This document shows positions 45,570-53,177 of a stretch of DNA of 53,177 bases, one piece after another (within the stretch, counting starts at the first letter, position 1; every line of letters begins with the position of its first letter). The position numbers were made by a program, and so were the translations under genes. The notes under the pieces were generated by a model. It did not search any database. It was not told the origin of the DNA and was given only the letters and a program-made list of their open reading frames with translations. The stretch is from a virus (lineage: Duplodnaviria; Caudoviricetes), in the IMG/VR virus record IMGVR_UViG_3300050498_000174, positions 1 to 53,177 of that record. One strand, written 5' to 3'.

Positions 45570-45826
45570 CGGTATTCCTCCTCAATGGTGCGGTGCCAGC
45601 CGAGCCGAACGACCTGGCTACCGCCGAGCGACCGGTCGAACTCGTCGAACTTCTTGGCGCCCATGCGTTTGCGCATCCACACGAAGCACTTGCGGGCCAG
45701 CGACCCGAACTCGATCTGGGCGTGCATCATGTTGATTTGGAGGCGGTAGATGTCCTGCCAGCCGGATACGGTGATGGTGGCGACCGGGTTGCCGTATTCG
45801 TCTTCGCCGAGGGTTTGGGAGATCAC
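45566..45826 (-). CDS. Hypothetical protein
   Basis: GTGA-coupled to the RuvC-like gene. Confidence 0.6.
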   Translation of the reverse strand: MISQTLGEDEYGNPVATITVSGWQDIYRLQINMMHAQIEFGSLARKCFVWMRKRMGAKKFDEFDRSLGGSQVVRLGWHRTIEEEYR

Positions 45827-46344
45827 GCGTTGTCTCCGATCGGGTTGGGCCAGTTGACTTTCATCAGCACGGCAGTCTGGTCCCGCGGCAGTTGCACGAG
45901 AGGATGGCCGAGATGTTCGGCGCCGGCCGCGGCGAGCCAGAGCGCGTCTGCGGCGTTGTTGTCGCCGCTGAAGCTGGGGAACCGGCGGGCGGTGGCCAGC
46001 AGCACCGCATCCTTGTCGGCCTTGCCGCTGCCGGTGGCGAACTTCTTCAACGTGGCCGGCGGGATGATTGCGACCGGCACGCCGTCGCGGTCCAGCCGCT
46101 CCACCACCAGCCACCACAGGCCGGCGCGTTCGTGGGCGCCCCCGCCGGTCGACCCGTAAGACGGGCCTTCGATGACGACGAGGTCCGCGTCGCGGGCGTT
46201 GAGGAGCACCTGCGCACGGATGGCGCGCATCCGTGCGGCGCCGGTCTCTTTGGTTTTGAACGCCCAGGCGCTGTGGTTGTGGTCTTCGTCGGCAGTGGCA
46301 AGACCGGTTGCGGCGAGCGAAAGATCAATACCGAGGACGTTCAT
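45823..46344 (-). CDS. RuvC-like Holliday junction resolvase
   Basis: VLGIDLS..TG, VVIEG, LKKFATG.G.ADK, NAADAL. Confidence 0.9.
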   Translation of the reverse strand: MNVLGIDLSLAATGLATADEDHNHSAWAFKTKETGAARMRAIRAQVLLNARDADLVVIEGPSYGSTGGGAHERAGLWWLVVERLDRDGVPVAIIPPATLKKFATGSGKADKDAVLLATARRFPSFSGDNNAADALWLAAAGAEHLGHPLVQLPRDQTAVLMKVNWPNPIGDNA

Positions 46345-46398
46345 CGGCGGCCTGCCCACCATGCGCGGGCGCGGATCCGTCGGCCACGACGGCGACGC

Positions 46399-46749
46399 TC
46401 ACGAATGAGCGGATTCATGCGGCATCACCTCGCCTACGGCATGGCAGCGCTGGCAACGGAACCCGGTTGGTGGAGCGTCGTTGCAGTGGCCGCAGCGGGT
46501 GCCTGCCCCGGTGGCCAGCCAGTCCACGGACACGCCGAACACCTCGGCCAGAGCTAGCAGTTCGGTCAGGTAGATCTCGGCGCGGCGGCCGTTCTCCAGG
46601 TTGGCGATCGTGGCCCTGGACAGTGATGTGCAGCCGGTCTTCTCTAGCACGGTGTTAGCCAGCTCCTGCGCCGACCAGCCCAACGTCTTGCGCAGTTGCC
46701 ACATGCGACCGGCGGCTTGAGCGGTGGCGCGGTTCTGCTCGGCGCTCAT
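46399..46749 (-). CDS. XRE HTH protein with a C-terminal zinc ribbon
   Basis: LRKTLGWSAQELA..SRATIANLENGRR; CGHC..CQRC. Confidence 0.85.
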   Translation of the reverse strand: MSAEQNRATAQAAGRMWQLRKTLGWSAQELANTVLEKTGCTSLSRATIANLENGRRAEIYLTELLALAEVFGVSVDWLATGAGTRCGHCNDAPPTGFRCQRCHAVGEVMPHESAHS

Positions 46750-47063
46750 GCGGCACCGTCGATCTCGATCTGTCCGGGGATCAGCGCCGGCCGCACCTCG
46801 GGGTGCAGCGGGCAGGGGCAGCCGGGCACGCATCGGTTGCCGCATTCCTCGTCTTCATTGCACTGGCAGGCGGGCCGGGCGTTCTCGCACATGCCCTCGT
46901 CGCAGAAAGCCTTGCCGTCGCGGGTGACCGCCCACTCGTAGGCGTGGGCAGCAGCGATGGCCTCCTGCTCGGTGGTGAAGTGGACGACGCCGTCGTCGTA
47001 GCACAGCTCCTCGCCGCAGTGGTTGCATTCGACCGAGATGCAGGTGTGGGTGTTGAACATCAC
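46746..47063 (-). CDS. Cys-rich hypothetical protein
   Basis: CNHC..W..DGKAFC plus a Cys cluster. Confidence 0.65.
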   Translation of the reverse strand: MMFNTHTCISVECNHCGEELCYDDGVVHFTTEQEAIAAAHAYEWAVTRDGKAFCDEGMCENARPACQCNEDEECGNRCVPGCPCPLHPEVRPALIPGQIEIDGAA

Positions 47064-47272
47064 TCACCGTCCTTGTGGTCTGGGCACAGGTCCAGCCAGC
47101 GGACCGCGCCGCGCACCACGGCACGGCGCTGGCCCCAGTGATTGCCTTGGGCGTCAAGGCGTGCGGTGGCCGCCACCTCGGCGCCGTGGCCTATGTGTTC
47201 GTTGAAGCAGCCTTTGTGGTCGCAGGTGATGACGACCGCTGTTCGGGTGCTCACGAGCTCGCCTCCGGCCAC
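47060..47272 (-). CDS. Small zinc-finger protein
   Basis: CDHKGC..W..DLCPDH. Confidence 0.6.
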   Translation of the reverse strand: MAGGELVSTRTAVVITCDHKGCFNEHIGHGAEVAATARLDAQGNHWGQRRAVVRGAVRWLDLCPDHKDGE

Positions 47273-47664
47273 ACGATCTCCGGGTCGAAACGGACCGCCG
47301 TCCCATCAACCACCTTGATCCGCCACTGGGACATGTAGTCCCGGCACGTCATCTCGAAACGGCCGGTGAAGGTCCGGCCTCGGCCGACCTCACGGACGAT
47401 GCCGTCGATCTCTTCCTCGATGTGGTAGGCGCGTGCCTCGTCGTGCTCGGCGGAGACGATGGCGTCGGCCCACCGGCGGATGAGGGTGCCCTCAGCGGTG
47501 TCGATGGGTTGCTCGACGACGCGGAGCATCAGGTCGTGTGGGTATTCCCATGGTTTGCGGTCGGGTTGGCGGACGTATTCGCTGTGGCGGATGTCGAGCC
47601 AGGGCACGGGTGGGTCGATGCGGATTTCGCCGTTGATGTTGACGGTGGAGCCCATCTCACTCAC
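47251..47664 (-). CDS. Conserved actinobacterial prophage protein
   Basis: GEIRIDPP...FTG...W...PEIVWPE. Confidence 0.65.
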   Translation of the reverse strand: MSEMGSTVNINGEIRIDPPVPWLDIRHSEYVRQPDRKPWEYPHDLMLRVVEQPIDTAEGTLIRRWADAIVSAEHDEARAYHIEEEIDGIVREVGRGRTFTGRFEMTCRDYMSQWRIKVVDGTAVRFDPEIVWPEASS

Positions 47665-48454
47665 CGCCCGGGGCGGCCGTGGGCGGCCAGTCGTCGCCGT
47701 CGCTGATGACTTCGCCGTCCATCACCCGATCGTCCGGCGCTGGCGCGCCCAACTCAGTCGCCAGATCGGCGGCGGCAGCATTCGACAGCAGCACCTGCTG
47801 CCGGTACTCGGCCGAAGAAGGCACCCACTTCTCAAGCTCGCGCGTCGGGCACTTCAACCACATCGAGTCTTCCCACCTGTTCCACGGCGAGTGTTCCGAC
47901 TTCGATCCGGGCGAGGCGGCCTTGCGTGCCATGACAGCGTCGCGGTTGAACTCGATGACCTCGCTGAAGTTGCCGTTGAGCAGGCGGGCGTAGGCGAACA
48001 CACCTATCCGGTCGCCGCGCTCCTTGTCGGCGGCGAATCGCTTGTAGCGGTGGATCGGGTGGTCCATGCCTTCCTCGAACTCGTAGAAGTCGTTGGCGCG
48101 GACCACGCGGGCGTGCACGGAGGACACCCCGCCGGACCGGTAGAGGCGTTCGACAACCCCCCGGTAGCCCTCGATGCCGGTGATGACGCCCTTGAACGGC
48201 ACCAGGTAGAAGGCTTCGGTGTTGGGCTGGTGGCCGAGCCGGGCGCAGTTGGTCAGGGCAACCACGAGCGCGAGCGGGTTGTTGCGGGCGGCCTTGGCCA
48301 ACTCGTCGTTTTTCAACGCGCCGAGGGCCAGGGTCATGAACGTCTCGGACTTGAGGTGGCTGGGCAGGATCGCCGCGAACCGCTGCTCGTAGGAGCGGAC
48401 CAGTTGGATCGGGGTCTGCTGGACTTGTTGCACGGCTTGGGAAACGGTGGTCAT
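47657..48454 (-). CDS. recT: RecT-family recombinase
   Basis: LPSH, ARLG.QP, YLVPF, GYRG, VVRANDF, SPW..W..MW.K. Confidence 0.93.
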   Translation of the reverse strand: MTTVSQAVQQVQQTPIQLVRSYEQRFAAILPSHLKSETFMTLALGALKNDELAKAARNNPLALVVALTNCARLGHQPNTEAFYLVPFKGVITGIEGYRGVVERLYRSGGVSSVHARVVRANDFYEFEEGMDHPIHRYKRFAADKERGDRIGVFAYARLLNGNFSEVIEFNRDAVMARKAASPGSKSEHSPWNRWEDSMWLKCPTRELEKWVPSSAEYRQQVLLSNAAAADLATELGAPAPDDRVMDGEVISDGDDWPPTAAPGGE

Positions 48455-49428
48455 GACTTCCTCATCAGCTTGTCGTCGGTGGTGCGGGCGGCGATGATCT
48501 GCCCGTCGTGGGTGGCGGTTTTGGCGGTGCCCAGGTGGGCGCGAAGCTGCGCGCTGTAGCGTTTCTCGACGCGGTCGGCGAGGCCTTTGAACTTCTTGGC
48601 GCGTAGCCAGCCGGTGGCGATTGGTGCGGGGATTTCCTGCTCCCGGTCTTCGATCAGGGCGTTGATGCGGCGCAGGATCGGCAGCGTGGCGCTATGGTCG
48701 TCGACGTCTGGCGGTTCACCGTCGGCCAGGCGTTGCATGAACCGGCGCCCGGCTTCTCGCATCGCCACGAGGTCGCGTTCGTCGCGGCGTACCCGGTAGG
48801 TGCGGAACCCGCCCGGTCCGAGCGCACAGACGAAGACTTCGCTGACGCCCATGACGTCCATCTGCCACTGGACCTGTGCCCGGTAGTGAACGGGCACCAT
48901 ATCGGTGTCTTCGTCGCCCCAGCCATCCCACGTGTAGGCAACCCACTTGCACTCCAGCAGCCCAACCAGACCCGCGGTGCCGTCGGTGCAGTGTTGGCAG
49001 GGCAGGCTGTACAGGCCCATGTGGAGATCCCGCCCGATTCCCGAGCCGTCGCATTCGACGCATGCCATGTGGATGAGCCGGTCTGGGGTGGCGAGCTGCC
49101 ACGGCCGCTCCGGGTGGGCGTACAGACCGGCGCGGCGGATGGCCAGGTTCTCCAGCGGGTCACCGTGCTCGGCGAACCATTCGGCGATGGTGGGCTCAAG
49201 GTAGGTGCCGGCGCGCATCTCGTCGGACGGCTCGACGTCCCAGGACATGTGTTTGCGCCACCACAGGCTGAACGGCGAGTCGTAGGGGCTGATGCCCATC
49301 ACCGCAGCTATCTCGCTGGCGCCGATCCCCATGCGGCGAGCGGCAAGCCACTCCTCGCGCGGGGCCGTGTGCGGCAACACCTGCACGGCGGTCGGGGCGA
49401 CCCGGCGCAGGGTCGTCGGGGCGGTCAT
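48451..49428 (-). CDS. YqaJ/RecE-type exonuclease with a zinc-finger insertion
   Basis: WLAARRMGIGASEIAA, G..LEP, ATPDR, LECK, Y.AQVQWQM. Confidence 0.92.
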   Translation of the reverse strand: MTAPTTLRRVAPTAVQVLPHTAPREEWLAARRMGIGASEIAAVMGISPYDSPFSLWWRKHMSWDVEPSDEMRAGTYLEPTIAEWFAEHGDPLENLAIRRAGLYAHPERPWQLATPDRLIHMACVECDGSGIGRDLHMGLYSLPCQHCTDGTAGLVGLLECKWVAYTWDGWGDEDTDMVPVHYRAQVQWQMDVMGVSEVFVCALGPGGFRTYRVRRDERDLVAMREAGRRFMQRLADGEPPDVDDHSATLPILRRINALIEDREQEIPAPIATGWLRAKKFKGLADRVEKRYSAQLRAHLGTAKTATHDGQIIAARTTDDKLMRKS

Positions 49429-49838
49429 GGTTGCCGCCCGTCGATGCCGGAGGCTTGCACGTCGTCCCACGCCCCGTCCAGCGCGCCCGGCTTGGCGTCG
49501 GCGACGACGAGCTCCTGCTCCAACTCGGCCACCCGCCCGGACAGGCGGCGGTTGGCGTCGCGGAGTTGACCGATGACCGCGGTGGCCTCGTCGAGTGCCG
49601 TCTCGCCATGGCACAGGGTGGTGTTCATGTCCTCGACGCGGGCGAGCAGCTCCTCGACGGCGGGCGGGATCGGCGCGGGGCTGTTGCGCCACCACCAGGC
49701 GGCGGCAACGACCAGAGCGAACGCGGCGAGCAAGGCGACGACACCCCACCCCAGGTAGCCGGCCAGCATCAGCACCAGCGACAGGACGATCAGCGCCACG
49801 TCTGCGGCGACACCCGCGACGATGAGCAAGTTCTTCAC
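49425..49838 (-). CDS. Two-TM coiled-coil protein
   Basis: GTGA-coupled; hydrophobic N-terminus. Confidence 0.65.
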   Translation of the reverse strand: MKNLLIVAGVAADVALIVLSLVLMLAGYLGWGVVALLAAFALVVAAAWWWRNSPAPIPPAVEELLARVEDMNTTLCHGETALDEATAVIGQLRDANRRLSGRVAELEQELVVADAKPGALDGAWDDVQASGIDGRQP

Positions 49839-50020
49839 GGCGTCTGCTCCTTCCATGCGGACTGTCGGTCGGCGTGGGCGTCCTCGGCGGCGAACTGCGC
49901 TGCCCGCCTGTTGGCACGCCGGGCGGCCAGCGCCCACAAGGCAATCAGCAGGGCGACGAACGGCAGCGCGAACCAGGCGGCCGCCTCGAACACCTCATGT
50001 GGGGGAATGCGGGTCGTCAC
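49835..50020 (-). CDS. Small membrane protein
   Basis: One TM segment; GAAGGGAG RBS. Confidence 0.55.
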   Translation of the reverse strand: MTTRIPPHEVFEAAAWFALPFVALLIALWALAARRANRRAAQFAAEDAHADRQSAWKEQTP

Positions 50021-50277
50021 AGTTGGACTCCCTTCAGGAGGGCGTGGGCGTGGGCCATCTCTCGGGCGCCGGCCAGGTAGGCGTCAACGAGCCGGGCCAG
50101 CAGCGGCGGCCGTGCGGCTTGGTGCCGGCCGCGGCGGTACCGGGCGCGCCACGGCACCCGGCGGTGGTGCGGCTGGCCCGCGCCGGCCAACTGGTGCAGG
50201 ATCCCGGTGGCGCCGCCGACGACCGCAACCATGCTGGCGACGCTGACCGTGGCGATGACGGTCTCAATGCTGGGCAT
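50017..50277 (-). CDS. Small TM protein with a GRH motif
   Basis: AGGAGG RBS before MPSIETV. Confidence 0.55.
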   Translation of the reverse strand: MPSIETVIATVSVASMVAVVGGATGILHQLAGAGQPHHRRVPWRARYRRGRHQAARPPLLARLVDAYLAGAREMAHAHALLKGVQL

Positions 50278-50851
50278 GGGAAACCTCCTGACGCTGCCGG
50301 AACTCGTCGATCGCCCCCGGGCCGTGCTGTTGGCTTGGTGGCAGGCCGTAGAAACCCCAGCGGCCAAGCCGAAAGCGCAAAGCCCCGGACGTGATGCCCA
50401 GCTCGCGAGCGATGTCGCGGAGGCGATGCCCGGCTGCGACATAGCCGTTGACCATCACGGCGAACTCGTGCCCGGCAGCGATGGCAGGGTGATTGGCGTC
50501 TTTGCATCCCATCGCCATGGCCTTGTGCCGCAGGTCACGCAGTTGCTCGACCTGCTGTGGGGTCAGCGTCGGGATGACGTGCTTGTACGGCTCGGGTTTC
50601 GGTGGAAGGTCGGGTATCTCCAGGGTGATCGGCTGGTTTATGTCGGCGGTTTCGGCCCACTGCCGGACACGTTCCCGGCTGACGCCCAGCGCATTGCCCA
50701 GGGACACCAGGGTCCAGCCGCGCCGCCTGGCTGCGGAGACGGTCGCGCACAGTTCGGCCGATGGCGCGGACAGGCGGGTGTATAGCCCGCGTAGCTCGGC
50801 CGCGAACGGTTCCGGCAGCGACAGGTGCATACGCAGTCCCTTGGTGCTCAT
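50264..50851 (-). CDS. Tandem double-HTH protein
   Basis: GWTLVSLGNALGVSRERVRQW and GHRLRDIARELGITSGALRFRL. Confidence 0.8.
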   Translation of the reverse strand: MSTKGLRMHLSLPEPFAAELRGLYTRLSAPSAELCATVSAARRRGWTLVSLGNALGVSRERVRQWAETADINQPITLEIPDLPPKPEPYKHVIPTLTPQQVEQLRDLRHKAMAMGCKDANHPAIAAGHEFAVMVNGYVAAGHRLRDIARELGITSGALRFRLGRWGFYGLPPSQQHGPGAIDEFRQRQEVSHAQH

Positions 50852-51063
50852 CGCGACGTCACCGCCTCTCGCGGGTGGGGCGGGTAGCACACGTGGCACA
50901 CCGGCAACCGGTAGACGACCGCTTGGGCGTGGGAGACGGTGGCGTGCCGGTCCGGGATGGGCTGGGCGCATCCGGTGGCGTGCAGGGTGCGCTGCCGGTG
51001 GACTTCGCCTAGGCGGGACAGCAGCACCCCGTCGGTGATCTCAGGGATGTAGTGCAGGCTCAT
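50848..51063 (-). CDS. Small zinc-binding protein
   Basis: LH..GC...VCHVC. Confidence 0.6.
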   Translation of the reverse strand: MSLHYIPEITDGVLLSRLGEVHRQRTLHATGCAQPIPDRHATVSHAQAVVYRLPVCHVCYPPHPREAVTSR

Positions 51064-51371
51064 GACGCCACCAGCCCGTGGCGTTCGGCCTCAAGCACTT
51101 CGGCAGCGGGGAACCTTTCGCTGTCGAGCGACGAGGGCGACGTTGGCCACATGCGCCGGGCCGGGACGCGCAATTCCCGCCACGTGCACGTGACCCGCTG
51201 CCCCTCCCGGCGAAATGGGTTACCTCCCGGGTCGAGCACGGTGACGATCGCCTCACCGCCCGGCCCTGTGTCGATGTTAAGGATTCGCACCAGACTGTTG
51301 CCGTGGCGTTCGTCGATCAACAGGACGTCGGCGCCGGGGCACAGGTAAGCACCAGCATTGATCGCGCTCAC
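51060..51371 (-). CDS. Hypothetical protein
   Basis: GTGA-coupled; GGAGG RBS. Confidence 0.6.
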   Translation of the reverse strand: MSAINAGAYLCPGADVLLIDERHGNSLVRILNIDTGPGGEAIVTVLDPGGNPFRREGQRVTCTWRELRVPARRMWPTSPSSLDSERFPAAEVLEAERHGLVAS

Positions 51372-51607
51372 TGCTCGACCTCCACCCTGATCGCGCCGGG
51401 TCCACGGATCACCCCGGACGCCATGGCCAAGGCGACGGCGTTGACCCCGTTCTGGGCGCCGAGGCGGCGCTGGATGGATCCCATCCAGTCCTTGACCGTG
51501 CCGGGCGGGATCCCCATGCGGGCGCTGATCTGTTTGCGGGTAAAGCCGCGTGACATCAGCTCCAGGACTTCGACGTGTTGGCGCCGCAGGGGCTTTGGCT
51601 TCATCAC
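51368..51607 (-). CDS. Stand-alone LuxR-type HTH protein
   Basis: EVLELMSRGFTRKQISARMGI..GTVK....I.RRLGA.N...AVALA...G. Confidence 0.88.
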   Translation of the reverse strand: MMKPKPLRRQHVEVLELMSRGFTRKQISARMGIPPGTVKDWMGSIQRRLGAQNGVNAVALAMASGVIRGPGAIRVEVEQ

Positions 51608-52146
51608 CGGGCACCTCGCCTTGCGCGCAGGGCGGCGATCGCATCCTCACCGGACAGGACCGTGATCCGTGGTGTTGGCGCGGTGCGCACATGCTCGGCG
51701 AACTCTCGCGCCTCGGTGACCCACCTGCGGCCATTGCGGCCCGACGGCTGCCCCGGCTCCAGCCCAAGCGCCCGGCGGACATCGGTGAGGCAGCGGGTCA
51801 ACTCCTCGACGTGCGGGTCCTGGAGGGTGGAGATCTCCAGGTCACCGCGTGCGGTTGCGGAGGCGTCCCATCCGGTGATGACGACGGGTCCGGCGTAGGG
51901 CCGTTGTCCGGCACCGAGGGTGCACAGGACCACTGACCCGACCACGTTGCGGGGATAGGTTTCCGGGGCGAGCAGGCCGCAGTCGTTGACGAACCCGGCC
52001 ATGAGCCAGGCGGGGTTCAGCGGCACGCGGTACCAGCCTTCCGGTCCGACGAGGCCGTCGAGCCAGGAGCTGGTGTAGCCGGGGTCGGGTTGGACCCCGA
52101 ACGAGCCGACACCGTCGGTGCCGATCAGCAGGTAGCGGATGTTCAC
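51604..52146 (-). CDS. Hypothetical protein (DUF3846-like)
   Basis: LVG..FVND.G..P.N..AGPVVITG pattern. Confidence 0.6.
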   Translation of the reverse strand: MNIRYLLIGTDGVGSFGVQPDPGYTSSWLDGLVGPEGWYRVPLNPAWLMAGFVNDCGLLAPETYPRNVVGSVVLCTLGAGQRPYAGPVVITGWDASATARGDLEISTLQDPHVEELTRCLTDVRRALGLEPGQPSGRNGRRWVTEAREFAEHVRTAPTPRITVLSGEDAIAALRARRGAR

Positions 52147-52339
52147 CGGGGCTCACCGCCGTCGCGGGTGGCTATGTTTGGTGTCCACGCCCGGTGCTCG
52201 TCGCACAGCCACTGGCCGGGCCGGGTCGGCTTGCCGCAGTGGTGGGCGAGCCAGAAACACTCACCCTCCACCGGGCGTTCCAGCGCCTCGCGGGCCTGCT
52301 CCAGGGTGAGGCCGAGCAGCACGGCAGAAGTCGCGGTGA

Positions 52340-52648
52340 TCATGCGCCCATCCCGCAGGTCGGGCAGGGCGCGTTCGGGTCCTTCTGTGCCCGGCCGTAG
52401 CCCCGGCACGTCACCGGCCCGAACGACACACTCACATGCCGCCACTCGGAGTCGACGCTCTCCTTCACGGCCACGCCAGACGAAGCCCCAGCCGCCGCCA
52501 GGGCGTCCAGTTGCTCGTAAGACTGGTTCGGGCTGGACATGTGTCCCAGCGCGAATGAGAACGACGTTGAGATGTCCGGGTTCGCCTCGATGAAGTCGGC
52601 GAGGGATCGCAGCCCGGCGGCGTATTCGGTAGCCTTGGTTTCGGTCAT
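52340..52648 (-). CDS. Hypothetical protein (MTETKATEYAAGLRSLADFIEANPD...)
   Basis: AAGGAAAGGA upstream; the track ORF is over-extended into the repeat. Confidence 0.7.
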   Translation of the reverse strand: MTETKATEYAAGLRSLADFIEANPDISTSFSFALGHMSSPNQSYEQLDALAAAGASSGVAVKESVDSEWRHVSVSFGPVTCRGYGRAQKDPNAPCPTCGMGA

Positions 52649-52892
52649 GGGAAGCTCAGTCCTTTCCTTGATCGGTTTTTCGGAGCCCTGGGCGTTGCGA
52701 GCGCCTGGGGCTTTCGCTTTGGTGGCCCGGCCGGTGAGGGATCGATGCGACGGGATCCCGGCCGGGCCTTCCTCCGGGCATCTGGCCCGGAAGCTGTTCA
52801 GTTTTGGTGGGGAGCCCTCGGGTGTCGCCCCTTCCCCGTGGGCTCCCCGTGCCGGGCCGGGGGACCTGGCACCCCCTCCCGTTGGAGGAGGC

Positions 52893-53177
52893 TCAGTCGG
52901 TCGCGGGCCTGACCATTGCGTGAAAAAGCTGGAGCGCCGAGTCCTGAACCTGCTCCGCCACCGGCGCATAGGTGGCCTCGATGTGTGCCTTGACCTCGGC
53001 GTAGACGCGGTTGCAGGTCTCGCTCCACTGCTTGGTGCCCCACGCGGCAACGGCATCGGCAACGGCAACGGCAACGGCAACGGCATCGGCAACGGCAACG
53101 GCAACGGCATCGGCATCGGCAACGGCAACGGCATCGGCATCGGCATCGGCATCGGCAACGGCATCGGCATCGGCATC
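52893..53177 (-). CDS. 3' part of the origin-spanning (VA/DA)n protein, including the terminal repeat copy 53044-53177
   Basis: ...VAAWGTKQWSETCNRVY...QVQDSALQLFHAMVRPATD*. Confidence 0.8.
   Translation of the reverse strand, partial: DADADAVADADADADAVAVADADAVAVAVADAVAVAVAVADAVAAWGTKQWSETCNRVYAEVKAHIEATYAPVAEQVQDSALQLFHAMVRPATD

Noticed and set aside
52340-53176. Track ORF with an MPMPLP repeat (278 aa)
   Set aside because: Wrong frame of the repeat; the VA/DA frame connects to a gene with an RBS, and the real ORF starts at 52648

Overview
A probably complete, circular, high-GC temperate siphovirus genome of about 53 kb. The host is inferred to be an actinobacterium. The contig opens inside a hexamer-repeat gene, and both ends share 126 bp. 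Modules in window order: (i) lysogeny switch (cro, operators, repressor, short tyrosine integrase) plus two more HTH/operator units and a long structured leader; (ii) a minus-strand late operon with HNH, TerS, TerL, a portal carrying two inteins (one class 1, one class 3), a 1241-aa polyvalent protein (ADP-ribosyltransferase + Nudix + second ART-like domain) followed by a small acidic ORF, an in-frame prohead protease-capsid ORF, a GT4-FkbM glycosyl/methyltransferase fusion, neck and tail genes with a -1 frameshift chaperone, a PIG-L deacetylase, a GH25 endolysin and membrane lysis genes; (iii) an initiator-type tRNA-Met; (iv) early genes (YqaJ/RecT, RuvC-like, PNK-like kinase, NDT-like, Rep, a second Nudix). 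The strongest candidate for a new system is the head-module ADP-ribose writer/eraser polyprotein with its acidic partner. All calls come from reading motifs by eye; no searches were run.
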